Source: Bdellovibrionales bacterium
GTDB taxonomy: Bacteria > Bdellovibrionota > Bdellovibrionia > Bdellovibrionales > UBA1609
NCBI GenBank assembly: GCA_965203095.1
Contig: OZ241877.1
Span: forward strand, 992,001-1,056,000
Reading direction: 5' to 3'
DNA length: 64,000 bases
Of this stretch, positions 9,702 through 19,822 are shown one piece after another. The first letter of the stretch is position 1; the number at the start of each line of letters is the position of its first letter. A model generated the notes under the pieces. That model did no database searches and was not told the origin of the DNA. It saw only the letters and a list, made by a program, of their open reading frames with translations. The translations under genes and the position numbers were made by a program.

Positions 9702-10550
9702 GTGAGATCTGTTCACCTTAAAAAACATTTTTTTATCCTTTTAGCCCTTCTATTTTTAGGAATGGTTTGTTTTCAGTTTTTTCAAGAAAAAACAAAAACA
9801 GATCCTCTGTTTTGGCTTTCTGAAATTCAAACAGCTGGGGCCAATGCCCGAAATGGAGTTTTAAACCTATCAAAAAAATATCTTTTTCTTTTAAATCGTT
9901 ATGAGGAAAACAAAAAACTCAGTGAGGAAAACAAAAAACTTCACACCCGCCTTCAGCTTTTTGAAGAGATTTTAACAGAAAACGAAAGGCTTAAAAAGCT
10001 TTTTCAGTTTTCTTCTGACAAAGCTTTCCGCCTTCTTCCTGCACAGATCACAGGGACAGACTTTTTCTCTAAAAATGAGTTGTTATTCATCAACAAAGGG
10101 CAGGCCCAAGGGCTTCAAAAATTTATGGGTGTTTTACATCCCACCGGTGTTGTGGGTCATATTTTCCGGGTCAGCAGGAACTCTGCTCAAGTCATTACTT
10201 TGAGAAACCCTTTATCTTCCCTTCCGGCTCGAAATAGAAACTATCGAGGCAAGGGCTTGGTATCCGCTGGGAGAAGCCCTTTGTTGGTTTTAAGCTCAAT
10301 CGATGGGCCCTACTTTCAAAAAGGGGACGCTATTGTGACAATAAAATCAGACGAGTTTCCCGGCGGTTTCTTGGTGGGGACTGTTTTGTCTTTAGAATCC
10401 TCTCCACACAACCTAAACCCTAAAGCCTATATTCAACCTGCCGTTCATTTTGACTCCTTGGAGGAGGTTTTAGTTGTTTTGCCCTCTCTTCCTCCTTCTG
10501 AAAAATCAGAAACAAAAGCAACTGTAAAGCAGGAAAAAGAGGAATTATGA
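9702..10550 (+). CDS. mreC: Rod shape-determining protein MreC
   Basis: Transmembrane segment, coiled coil ENERLKKL, INKG..QG, GVVG and FPGGFLVG; precedes mreD and mrdA. Confidence 0.92.
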   Translation: MRSVHLKKHFFILLALLFLGMVCFQFFQEKTKTDPLFWLSEIQTAGANARNGVLNLSKKYLFLLNRYEENKKLSEENKKLHTRLQLFEEILTENERLKKLFQFSSDKAFRLLPAQITGTDFFSKNELLFINKGQAQGLQKFMGVLHPTGVVGHIFRVSRNSAQVITLRNPLSSLPARNRNYRGKGLVSAGRSPLLVLSSIDGPYFQKGDAIVTIKSDEFPGGFLVGTVLSLESSPHNLNPKAYIQPAVHFDSLEEVLVVLPSLPPSEKSETKATVKQEKEEL

Positions 10551-11050
10551 AAGCAAACAATGAAAAACCAGTTGTTTTTTGGCTGATTTTTTTAAGCCTT
10601 TTGACTATTGCTTTTATGTTTCAAAGTGCTGTTTTTTTAGGCAAATATAATGGATGGCCTTACTTAGTTTGGCCTCCAGTCTTGTATTTTTTCCTCCATT
10701 ACAAGGGTTTGTCTTCTTTGTTTTTTTTGTTGTTTGTAAGCCTTTTGTCCAGCCTTTTTCTTTCTCTATCACTCATCAAAATTTTTTGTCTGTATCTTTT
10801 TTGCTTGTGGATGATTTCTTTTGTTAAAATACTGTTTTTTTCTAAATCTTCTGCTTTGTTTTTTGTTTTTGTTTTTGCATTCAGTTTTTGTTTCCCTTTT
10901 CTTACTGCTCTGGCTTATGATTTTTCAATGGATAGCTTTTTTTTAAATTCTGTTCCATTTTATTTTTTAAAAGCTTTTTCCACTTTGATTTTAGCTTTTC
11001 TTATGTTTCCTTTTTTAAAAAAATGGCTTTCACCCCCAGCAAGTTTTTGA
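10547..11050 (+). CDS. mreD: Probable MreD
   Basis: Very hydrophobic 167-aa protein between mreC and mrdA; assigned mainly by position. Confidence 0.65.
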   Translation: MKANNEKPVVFWLIFLSLLTIAFMFQSAVFLGKYNGWPYLVWPPVLYFFLHYKGLSSLFFLLFVSLLSSLFLSLSLIKIFCLYLFCLWMISFVKILFFSKSSALFFVFVFAFSFCFPFLTALAYDFSMDSFFLNSVPFYFLKAFSTLILAFLMFPFLKKWLSPPASF

Positions 11051-11054
11051 AAAT

Positions 11055-12920
11055 ATGAGTCAGAAACAAGAAATAGAAGTCAAATCACAAGCCCTTAAAA
11101 TTCAGTTCCTTATTGTTTGGATAGGAGCTTTATTTCTTATACTATGGCTAAGGCTGGCCTTCCTTCAAATACGACAAGGAGAGGCTTTAAAAAATTTTTC
11201 TGACAGCAACCGGTTTAGAAAACAACTTATTGTTGCCCCCAGAGGTTTAATTTTGGATCGCTATGGTGAAATTTTAGCTGGAAATAAAAAAATCACTCAG
11301 GCAGTTATGTTGGCTGGTTCTTTTCAAAATTTAGATGACAGTTTACAGCAGATAGCAGATATTTTTCAAGTTCCCTTAGATCATTTAAAAAGAGAAATTA
11401 AAAAAAGTGAAAAAAAACAAGGCCCTTTTCATCCTTTGGTTTTAAAGGAAAACCTATCTTTAATGGAAATTCACAAGCTAAAGCAGATTCAGTGGGATCA
11501 TGCGGAAATTCAAGTTCGGGAAGCAGATAAAAGAATTTATCCTTTAAAGGAAAACGGGGCCCATTGGATAGGTTATATTGGTCCTATTTCTAAAAAAGAC
11601 ATTCAAAATCTCAAAAAGCAAAAAAAAATTTTTTATCTTTTGGATGTTGTAGGGAAAAGTGGGTTGGAAAAACTTTATGATGAAAAACTTAAAGGGAAAA
11701 ATGGCTTTTCTATAGTTGAGGTGGACGCTAAAAACCGTCTTTCTGGGAAAAGGCTTTCTCATCCTTTTGATTTTTTAAAAATCGATCCTATAAAGGGAAA
11801 AGATCTGGTTTTGACTATAGATAAAAAATTGCAGGACTTTGCCTTAAAAGCTTTTCAGAGAAAAGACTCTGTTGGCCCTCGATCCGGTGCCCTCATAGTG
11901 ATGAAAACCAATGGCGAAATTCTGGCTCTGCTCAGCCAGCCCAGCTTTGATCCCAACAAGCTCAGCTCAAACATAGATCAGTCTTTGTGGGAGAAATGGG
12001 CAGGAAGAGATTCAAAAGTGTTTATTCACAAAGGCTTTCAAGAGCATTACTCTCCTGGTTCTGTTTTTAAACCTTTTGTTGCTTTAGCGGCGTTAGAGGA
12101 GAGGCTTATAGACAAAGACACTTTATTAAACTCTCCGGGAACTTTTAAGCTGGGCCGGAGGACTTATCATGATCATAATCCTAAAGGCCATGGAGAGATC
12201 AATGTGATTACAGCTATTGAAAAATCGGCTAATACTTTTTTTTATCAAATTGCCGATCAAATGGGGATAGAAGCCATATACAAATATGCCCGTTTGTTTG
12301 GTTTTGGGCAAAAAACAGAGTTTTTAATTCCAGGGGAAAGCCACGGAGATCTCCCTCATCCTTCAAAAAAAGATCTTCGTTTGAAATGGCAAAGGGGAGA
12401 CACGGTCAACTTGTCCATCGGGCAGGGTCGCCTGCTGGCCACACTTTTACAGCTCACCCTGGCCTATAATGCTATAGCTACTCAAGGGCTTATGGTTCAT
12501 CCTTTTATTGTTAAAAAAGAGCCTGGGGGGGAAATCAATGAGCCGGTGGTTTTAAATAGTTTGACTGATCAGATCAGCAGAGATCACTTTGCCACAGTTA
12601 AAGAGGGTTTAAGGCGGGTGATTGAAGGGGCACAAGGGACAGCTCGAAGGCACCGGTTAGCTCAATGGTCTTTTTCCGGGAAAACAGGAACAGCCCAACT
12701 TATCTCTTTAGGACGAAACAAGCTTTACAAAGATTGCCGAACACTACCTAAAAAACTGAGGCACCATGGCTGGTTTTTGAGTTTTGCCCCCAGTAGCTCG
12801 CCGGAAATTGTGGTGGCTGTATTTACGGAAAACTCTTGTTCTGGCACAAGGGGATCAGCTCCTGTGGCCAGGGACATTATTCAGTATTATTTTAAAACTA
12901 AAGAATCTGAGGAAAAATGA
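11055..12920 (+). CDS. mrdA: Penicillin-binding protein 2
   Basis: APRGLILDR, VGKSGLEK, SxxK (PGSVFK), SxN (SAN) and KTG; followed by rodA. Confidence 0.95.
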   Translation: MSQKQEIEVKSQALKIQFLIVWIGALFLILWLRLAFLQIRQGEALKNFSDSNRFRKQLIVAPRGLILDRYGEILAGNKKITQAVMLAGSFQNLDDSLQQIADIFQVPLDHLKREIKKSEKKQGPFHPLVLKENLSLMEIHKLKQIQWDHAEIQVREADKRIYPLKENGAHWIGYIGPISKKDIQNLKKQKKIFYLLDVVGKSGLEKLYDEKLKGKNGFSIVEVDAKNRLSGKRLSHPFDFLKIDPIKGKDLVLTIDKKLQDFALKAFQRKDSVGPRSGALIVMKTNGEILALLSQPSFDPNKLSSNIDQSLWEKWAGRDSKVFIHKGFQEHYSPGSVFKPFVALAALEERLIDKDTLLNSPGTFKLGRRTYHDHNPKGHGEINVITAIEKSANTFFYQIADQMGIEAIYKYARLFGFGQKTEFLIPGESHGDLPHPSKKDLRLKWQRGDTVNLSIGQGRLLATLLQLTLAYNAIATQGLMVHPFIVKKEPGGEINEPVVLNSLTDQISRDHFATVKEGLRRVIEGAQGTARRHRLAQWSFSGKTGTAQLISLGRNKLYKDCRTLPKKLRHHGWFLSFAPSSSPEIVVAVFTENSCSGTRGSAPVARDIIQYYFKTKESEEK

Positions 12921-14026
12921 ATTTTTTGTTTTTTTTAAAGACAATTAAAAAAAATAACCTCTTTTTTTTATCCTGTATTTTGGCTTTACAGGTTTTAGGT
13001 TTGCTCTCTCTTTACAGTGCCGCTTATGGGGCGGATGGTTCTCACTTGTTTCTTTTTAAAAAACAGCTCCTTTGGTTTTTTCTTTCCTGGGTTCTGTTTT
13101 TTATTATAAGCTATAGTCAGATTCATTTTATTGCTAAAATTTTATGGCCTTTGTTTTTTCTCAACATGCTGGCTCTTGTTTTGGCTCTTTTTGTAGGAGA
13201 GGAGCTTTATGGAGCTAAGCGATGGCTGGATTTGGGCTGGTTTCATTATCAGCCTTCTGAAACTTTAAAATGGGTCTTAATTCTTTTACTGGCTAAAAAA
13301 TTGGCACAAAAACCAGTGGGGCAAGTCCTGTCTTTTAAAGATATTCTGCCACTGTGCTTTTTAATTCTCCCTCCTGTTTTTTTGATTTTTTCTCAACCAG
13401 ACTTGGGCACAGCGGGAATAATTCTGTTGATGACAGGTTTTTTGATTTTATTTAACGGTATTGAAAAAAAGGTCCTGTTCAGTTTAAGCCTAACTTTTTT
13501 TATTAGCACGCCCTTAGTCTGGCAATTTCTTTTAAAACCCTATCAAAAAGCAAGAGTCATTAGTTTTGTCAAGCCCACAGCAGATCCTCAAGGAAGTGGT
13601 TATAATGTGATCCAGTCTAAAATTGCCATTGGAAGTGGCCAATTTTTTGGCAAAGGGTTTAGAAAAGGGACTCAAAACAAGCTGGAGTTTTTGCCAGAGC
13701 GACACACGGATTTTATTTTTAGTGTTCTTAGCGAAGAGTATGGTTTTGTGGGAAGTTCCATCACTCTGATATTGTTTTTTTTAATGATTGCTTTTATTTT
13801 TAAATTGGCAGGGCAATCAAGAGATCGTTTAAACTGTTATTTTTGCCTGGGAACAGGAGCTTTCTTTCTCTGGCACACAGTTTTAAACTTGGCAATGACT
13901 GTGGGGTTTTTTCCTGTAGTGGGCATTCCCCTCCCTTTGTTTTCTTATGGAGGTTCTCACACGCTGACAGCTATGGCTTTTTTAGGTTTGATAGCTTCTG
14001 TCTATAAAAACAAAGACTTATTTTAA
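12917..14026 (+). CDS. rodA: Rod shape-determining protein RodA (SEDS family)
   Basis: GAKRW, QPSE, QPDLGT, GYNVIQSKIAIGSG and LPERHTDFIF. Confidence 0.96.
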   Translation: MNFLFFLKTIKKNNLFFLSCILALQVLGLLSLYSAAYGADGSHLFLFKKQLLWFFLSWVLFFIISYSQIHFIAKILWPLFFLNMLALVLALFVGEELYGAKRWLDLGWFHYQPSETLKWVLILLLAKKLAQKPVGQVLSFKDILPLCFLILPPVFLIFSQPDLGTAGIILLMTGFLILFNGIEKKVLFSLSLTFFISTPLVWQFLLKPYQKARVISFVKPTADPQGSGYNVIQSKIAIGSGQFFGKGFRKGTQNKLEFLPERHTDFIFSVLSEEYGFVGSSITLILFFLMIAFIFKLAGQSRDRLNCYFCLGTGAFFLWHTVLNLAMTVGFFPVVGIPLPLFSYGGSHTLTAMAFLGLIASVYKNKDLF

Positions 14027-14070
14027 GTTCACTCTATAAAGAGAGAATTTTTAATAAAAAGAGGATTATA

Positions 14071-14979
14071 ATGATGACTTTTTTTCTTCAACAAACAAAA
14101 CAAAACCCTGTAACAAAGGCCAGACTTAAGCTGGGGTGGCTTTTTTTGGCTTTTCTAATATTGGCCGGGGTGGGCTGTCAAGCGGGCAATTATAGTTATA
14201 GAGAAGGAACTTTGCAACAGCTGGTCTCACAACCGTTGAGCTTTAATATTTTAGGTTTAAATACCTGTGTTTTTGACCCTCAATATTTTATTCTTCATTT
14301 CCCCATGCATCACTTTCCCACTTATGGTCATTATACAAGGGAGACTTATGAAAAAGTGGCAAAATCTCAATTTCAACTTTTGCACACAGTGATAGACTAT
14401 AATCGGTCAAAAAGACTTCTTGCACTTTTTGATGAGCAAGTGAATGACGACTTCTATAATAAAACTTTTTTTCAAAATCTAACTACTGGTCGAGCTGGTG
14501 ACAGCACTTATGAACGAATCGATGGTCAGGTCTTTTTTGTGTCACAATTATTTCAACAAGCACAAAGGCTATTTTCTTCAGGATTTCCCAGGTATTATGA
14601 GCAGTTATCTTTGCCCCAAAAGGGTTTTCTTTTTAATTTTGGAGCGAGTCTTTTGCTTTATTTTACAGGAGAAATCTCAAAAATCCATAAGGTGATATCT
14701 GAAGAAAAGTTTGAGATAGTTAAAGCCAATCTACGGGACGCCAGCGGGGCCATTCAGTTGAAAAATAATGACTATTGGCTTTTTGATGTGCGAGAAGAGG
14801 AATTAAAAAAAGAAGTTTTATCCTTTTATCAAACAAACTTTCAAGCCAATAAGCTGATTTTGATAGCTTATGGTGCGGATCACGACTTTTCTAATGAGTT
14901 TGCTGGCTGGCCTTTTCAATCCGGCCATAAATTTTGCCTCAACTGGATAGATCCAGTAAGCCCAGCACTTATCCCTTAA
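14071..14979 (+). CDS. Hypothetical lipoprotein
   Basis: Long ORF with GAGGA RBS and lipobox-like GVGC; C-terminal IAYGADH. Confidence 0.65.
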   Translation: MMTFFLQQTKQNPVTKARLKLGWLFLAFLILAGVGCQAGNYSYREGTLQQLVSQPLSFNILGLNTCVFDPQYFILHFPMHHFPTYGHYTRETYEKVAKSQFQLLHTVIDYNRSKRLLALFDEQVNDDFYNKTFFQNLTTGRAGDSTYERIDGQVFFVSQLFQQAQRLFSSGFPRYYEQLSLPQKGFLFNFGASLLLYFTGEISKIHKVISEEKFEIVKANLRDASGAIQLKNNDYWLFDVREEELKKEVLSFYQTNFQANKLILIAYGADHDFSNEFAGWPFQSGHKFCLNWIDPVSPALIP

Positions 14980-14984
14980 AAAAC

Positions 14985-15012
14985 TTAATTTTGGTTCAGA
15001 TTTGTCCGATAA
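14985..15012 (+). promoter_or_regulatory. Putative sigma28 (FliA) promoter
   Basis: TTAA-N16-TCCGATAA, 7 nt before ATG 15020. Confidence 0.45.
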
Positions 15013-15019
15013 ATACAAT

Positions 15020-16906
15020 ATGAAGGTTCTCATTTTAGAAGATAACATGGTTTTAGCTCAATCTTTGCAAGAGATTATTCAAAGTGAAGGTGGGGGGGTG
15101 AAGATCTGTAACTCCTACAAAGAGGCAGATCGCGAGCTCAATAAAGAGCTTTTTGATCTCTTAGTTTTAGACTATTTGCTCCCGGACAAAAAAGGTTTTG
15201 AAGTTTTAAATGCTTTGTCTTTTAAAAAACAGCACCTTACTATGAAAATCGCGATTATCAGTGGTTTTGTTGATCCCGCTTTGGTTTTACAGAACACCCC
15301 TGACAAATTCAAAAATCAAACCACTTTTTTCAAAAAGCCCATTGATGAAAAAAAACTTATTGAGTTTTTACAAGAGATCAAAACCACAGAGTCTAATCAC
15401 CATGAAAAGGCTTTTTTTGAAAAGGATTCTCTTGAAAATCCCTTGAGTTTTTATTTGCCACGAGATCAAGTTTTTACTTCTGGCAAACTGATTTCTATTG
15501 TTTTTATAGCCTATTTAAAACAATTCACTGGGGAATTAAAACTCAAGAGAGACAACAACATTACCTACATTCGATTTTATGAAGGGAGTATTGTGCAAAT
15601 CACCGGAAACGACAAAAAATCTTTTCTTGGAAATTTACTGATCGAGTATGGCCTGTCCTTTTCAAAAGATATTTCTGATTCGCTAAAAACCAAAGACCCT
15701 GATCACCTGTTAGGGAAAAAACTGCTGGAAAAGGAGTTATTGAACCCATACATGCTCAATCTCATGCTTAAAGAACAGATCCGGATCCGTTTGTCTGAAG
15801 TTATGTCTTATCCCTCTTTTACTGTGGAGATTTTAGAGAAAGAAAACCAATTTTCTGCAAACAGGGTGATTTTTGATGAGATAGATTTAATGGAATGGTT
15901 GGCCGGCAGTGTTCAAACAGAATTAACTGATGATTTTTTTAAAAAATTTTATTTGGAATTTCAGACTTGTCTTGTCTATAAGGCAAAGCCTGTTCGTAAA
16001 AATTTTATCCAACAAGCACAGTTTTTAAAAAAATATAATCTTTGGTTTGAAAATTTTAAAGATGGCACAACATTATCTGCCCTGATACATCATCCGGTAA
16101 ACCCCCTTATTGGACCTATTCTCTACTTTGGGCTTTGTTCTAAATCTCTTTACTTGCAGAAAGAAAAAAGCTCTGAGTCAAAACACTTAGAACACCTTTT
16201 AGATTCTATTATAGAGCAGGATTCTAAAGACCTCTTTGCCGTGCTTAAGCTACCTTGGGCGGCAGAGCCTTCAGCAGTGGAAAAAAGCTATAAACAGTTG
16301 ATTCAAAAGGTTCATCCCGATCTTTTGCCCTCTTCAGTTAGCCAAGAGTTAAGAGATAAAGCCAACAAAGCTCTTTCTTGTGTTTTTAAAAGCTATCAAA
16401 CTTTAAGAGACGAGAAAAAAAGGGAAAAATATATTAAATCCCAAAAAGAGCATAGTGTCATGTTTGTAATGAACAAGTATAATGAAGGGATTAACAAAAT
16501 CAAAAAAGAGCAATACGAAAAAGGGGTCAATATTCTTTTAAAAATCACCAATAACGAATATTCTCCCAGGGACACTTGTCTTTATATTTTATGGGGACGT
16601 ATAAAATCTATGTCTTTTGATGAGGCAGAGAAACAAGAAGAAGCAGTAAAGCTTAAAAAAGCAATTGATTTTTGCCCCGCTTCTTTAAAAATTACTCCTC
16701 TGTTTTGGTTTGTCAAAGGCTTATTTTTCGTGAAAACAGAGCAATATGAAAAAGCAGAAGAGTTTTTTAATAAAAGCCTCACAGCTAAAGAGGATTTTTT
16801 TGCTGTGAAAAAAGAATTAATTTTTGTCAGACAAAAGATTAAAAGTTCTCAAGCCAAAAAATCAGAAAACAAATGGCTTAATTTTTTATTTAAAAAATCC
16901 AGTTAA
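15020..16906 (+). CDS. Response regulator receiver + J-domain + TPR multidomain protein
   Basis: N-terminal REC (VLILEDN, LVLD, ISG, KKP); J-domain HPD in YKQLIQKVHPD; C-terminal TPR-like helices. Start moved to the ATG at 15020. Confidence 0.8.
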   Translation: MKVLILEDNMVLAQSLQEIIQSEGGGVKICNSYKEADRELNKELFDLLVLDYLLPDKKGFEVLNALSFKKQHLTMKIAIISGFVDPALVLQNTPDKFKNQTTFFKKPIDEKKLIEFLQEIKTTESNHHEKAFFEKDSLENPLSFYLPRDQVFTSGKLISIVFIAYLKQFTGELKLKRDNNITYIRFYEGSIVQITGNDKKSFLGNLLIEYGLSFSKDISDSLKTKDPDHLLGKKLLEKELLNPYMLNLMLKEQIRIRLSEVMSYPSFTVEILEKENQFSANRVIFDEIDLMEWLAGSVQTELTDDFFKKFYLEFQTCLVYKAKPVRKNFIQQAQFLKKYNLWFENFKDGTTLSALIHHPVNPLIGPILYFGLCSKSLYLQKEKSSESKHLEHLLDSIIEQDSKDLFAVLKLPWAAEPSAVEKSYKQLIQKVHPDLLPSSVSQELRDKANKALSCVFKSYQTLRDEKKREKYIKSQKEHSVMFVMNKYNEGINKIKKEQYEKGVNILLKITNNEYSPRDTCLYILWGRIKSMSFDEAEKQEEAVKLKKAIDFCPASLKITPLFWFVKGLFFVKTEQYEKAEEFFNKSLTAKEDFFAVKKELIFVRQKIKSSQAKKSENKWLNFLFKKSS

Positions 16907-17949
16907 AGTTTGCGAAAATTTAAACGCCAAGACTTAGACCCACCGTTTTTAACCTGACTCCAAAGAAGCCCCCTCCTTTTTTGAGCCGGTGACCAAAGTG
17001 AAGAATGGACTACCTTTCCTAAATCAATCAATTCCTCTTCAGGAAATAAAGAGAATAATGATTTTTTATTTTGGACAATAAGAACAAGGCCCAATCCGCA
17101 ATTAAAGGTTTGCAAAAGTGCTCTCCATGATAAATTTGCCTTTTGTTTCACATCCAAAAAACAAGAGGGAATGAGCCAAGGTTTGAGATCGGCCACTAAA
17201 CCTTTAGGCAAAATGCGGGACAGATTATCTAATCCCCCCCCGGTAATATGGGCTATAGCCCTAAGCCCTCGAATTTGATGGAAATGATCAGATAAAAAAG
17301 CATAAAGCTTTGTGGGGCGGATTAAGTTTTTTTTATGTTTTTTTAATTGAGATGGAGAATTATAAATTTTTCGCAACAAAGAGTAGCCATTGCTGTGGAA
17401 GCCAGAACTTTTAAAGGCAACAATGTCATCCCCTGGGCGAACCCGATGAGGCTTTAAAATTTTTGATTTTTCAACCACTCCCACACAAAAACCCGCACAA
17501 TCCACCTCTCCGGCAGGATAAAAACCAGCCATTTCCGCTATCTCTCCACCAGATAGAGGGCAGGTCGCCTCATGACAAGCTTTTTTCAAACCTTTAAGAA
17601 AAGCCTTAGCTTGAAGAGGTTTCAGTTGCCCGCAAGCATAATAATCCATGAAAAAAAGTGGTTTAGCCCCTACACAGATCAGATCATTAACGCACATAGC
17701 GACCAGATCTTGGCCAATGCCTTCCCAAGTTTTAAAATGATGAGCTATCTTAAGCTTAGTTCCCACCCCATCTGTGGTGGCCACTAAAACAGGCTTTTGA
17801 AATTCTGCGGTTGGGAAAGGCCATAAAGCGGCATAATCGCTGGCTGAAAAAGCATGAGGAGAGGGATTGGTTTTTTTAATCCACCTGACAAGCTTTTCTG
17901 CTTTTTGAATGTTCACTCCCGACTTTTTATAATTTAATTTTTTTGGCAT
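16903..17949 (-). CDS. purM: Phosphoribosylformylglycinamidine cyclo-ligase
   Basis: YKKSGVNI, TDGVGTK, DLVAMCVND, SSGFHSNGYSL, HITGGG and TFNCGLG. Start moved to the ATG with an AGAGG RBS. Confidence 0.96.
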   Translation of the reverse strand: MPKKLNYKKSGVNIQKAEKLVRWIKKTNPSPHAFSASDYAALWPFPTAEFQKPVLVATTDGVGTKLKIAHHFKTWEGIGQDLVAMCVNDLICVGAKPLFFMDYYACGQLKPLQAKAFLKGLKKACHEATCPLSGGEIAEMAGFYPAGEVDCAGFCVGVVEKSKILKPHRVRPGDDIVAFKSSGFHSNGYSLLRKIYNSPSQLKKHKKNLIRPTKLYAFLSDHFHQIRGLRAIAHITGGGLDNLSRILPKGLVADLKPWLIPSCFLDVKQKANLSWRALLQTFNCGLGLVLIVQNKKSLFSLFPEEELIDLGKVVHSSLWSPAQKRRGLLWSQVKNGGSKSWRLNFRKL

Positions 17950-18179
17950 TATACCTCTTGCTGAATAGTTTTTGCTTATTTTTTTAAAGCTTTTTAAGAG
18001 GGAAGATCTCCTCACTTTTTAAAACTTAAGCCATAAAACAAGTTTCTCATTGAGCGAGAAAAAAATCAAAAACAAATCTCAAGGATCTTCATGGGACAAT
18101 AGTCTAAAAAACATTAAAGGGACTTAAAAGGCCAGCAGAGAATCAGACTTTTTATAAAAAACCTGATAAAATCCAAAAT

Positions 18180-19157
18180 ATGAAGTTTTTATTATTGATA
18201 TGTTTTTTTGGGGGCCAAGCCCTTCAGGCAGAATTAGAGTCGTTTTCCCTGCAAAACAAGCCCTCCCCACAACAACAGGAATCCAAGAAAGATCAAGCCC
18301 TTCAAGCAGGACCAAAGCGTTGGGTTTTAGCTCAAAACGAGATGAGCACTTTTGACCCTTTTATTGATTATGGGGAATTTCAAGACAATGTGGCTGAGGA
18401 AGAAAGCATTAACTTTTTTAGAAACGGTCGATCTTTATCCGTTCTTCTTTTTGGAGGTTATGAAGCCGTCACAATGAATATGAGATATATTTACGGGGAC
18501 AATCCTTTTCTTTTAGGAGCTGGCCTTGGCTTTTTTTTAGATCTTCGTTTTGCTATTCAGGTTAATGGGACTTTTTCCTCTGAGCATTATGATAGTTTGC
18601 TTAATTCTCTCTCCCCATTTGCTCATTATGGGCTGAATTTAAAATATTACTTTAACAGGCAATATATCAATCAAGATAAGGATTTTTTTAATCCCTATCT
18701 GATTTTTGGCCCCTTCTGGATAAACATTAAATCCAATATTCCTAAGCCGGAAAACCCCTTTCCTCCTCCAGCCCTACCGGTAGCTCCAGCCTCTCCTAAT
18801 AACCCGCAGGCAGGCCCCGCAACAGTTCCCCTTGCTCAGCCATCGGGAGTGCCGGAAGAGGACAAGAAAGCCTTGGCCGCTTACAACGCGGCAGGGATAA
18901 AATTGGGCTTTGGTTTTGAATTTGCCTTGATCAAGCAGAGTTTTGTAGGTTTAGAAGTCTCATATCTTTACACAGTTTTAGAGCATGAAAACCAAGACTT
19001 ATCCGCTAATAAGTTTAATTGGCCCCCCCCGGCTCAAAGCCCTGCCAATCAAAGCTGGTTTAATAGGCTGAGGTTTCCACAAAGGCCCGCACTGGAGGGG
19101 ATTCGCTATTTTGGTGATTTAATTGATGCTGTTGTGGTATTTGGTGTTAATTTTTAA
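18180..19157 (+). CDS. Outer membrane beta-barrel protein with Pro-rich loop
   Basis: Signal peptide, alternating beta-strand pattern and C-terminal Phe. Confidence 0.65.
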   Translation: MKFLLLICFFGGQALQAELESFSLQNKPSPQQQESKKDQALQAGPKRWVLAQNEMSTFDPFIDYGEFQDNVAEEESINFFRNGRSLSVLLFGGYEAVTMNMRYIYGDNPFLLGAGLGFFLDLRFAIQVNGTFSSEHYDSLLNSLSPFAHYGLNLKYYFNRQYINQDKDFFNPYLIFGPFWINIKSNIPKPENPFPPPALPVAPASPNNPQAGPATVPLAQPSGVPEEDKKALAAYNAAGIKLGFGFEFALIKQSFVGLEVSYLYTVLEHENQDLSANKFNWPPPAQSPANQSWFNRLRFPQRPALEGIRYFGDLIDAVVVFGVNF

Positions 19158-19228
19158 GTGGACAAAGCCGAAAAGATATTATAGAAGGTATTGTGGGTCT
19201 ATTTAAAATTATTAAAAAGGGGCAATCC

Positions 19229-19822
19229 ATGAAAAAGCTTTTGATATTATCCTTAATCCTTATGTCCTCTTCCTGGAGTGGGATAGCCTATTCTGCCAAG
19301 AAATACCGCTATATTAAAAGAGAACATGGCGTCCGGTTCCAAGGGAATATTCCTATAGAAATGGGAGCAGGAGGTTTCGCGGTGAGAGTGGAACTCAAAG
19401 GAGCTTATACTTACAACTGGAGAGGCTGGCTGGAGTTTGGGCCTTATTTTGAAATGGCACCTCAAATTATGCCTCAATTTATGTTGGGGAGCTTAAATGG
19501 TGGAATAATGACTGAATACAATATTATAAAAAACAGAGGTAAGAGAAAGATCATTCCCACTGTGGGGGTGAAAATAGGGATGGATAAAAGTGGCGGCGCC
19601 CCTGTGGGGCTGGAATCTGCTGGAGGGGGGCAAACTCTTATCGCCGTAGGGCCTTATGCGGCTTTAAAGCTTTTTGTTGGGAAAAGAACTCCCTTTACAG
19701 TCAGCTTGGATTATCTTATCCGAATGCCCATGAACTTTATGTCTCTGCCGGGGATGGGGATGACACATCACCCTCGGATCACTATGGGCTTTTCTTATTA
19801 TTTTGATTTTTATAAAAATTAG
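19229..19822 (+). CDS. Small outer membrane beta-barrel protein
   Basis: AAGGGG RBS, signal peptide MKKLLIL, amphipathic strands and aromatic C-terminus GFSYYF. Confidence 0.6.
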   Translation: MKKLLILSLILMSSSWSGIAYSAKKYRYIKREHGVRFQGNIPIEMGAGGFAVRVELKGAYTYNWRGWLEFGPYFEMAPQIMPQFMLGSLNGGIMTEYNIIKNRGKRKIIPTVGVKIGMDKSGGAPVGLESAGGGQTLIAVGPYAALKLFVGKRTPFTVSLDYLIRMPMNFMSLPGMGMTHHPRITMGFSYYFDFYKN

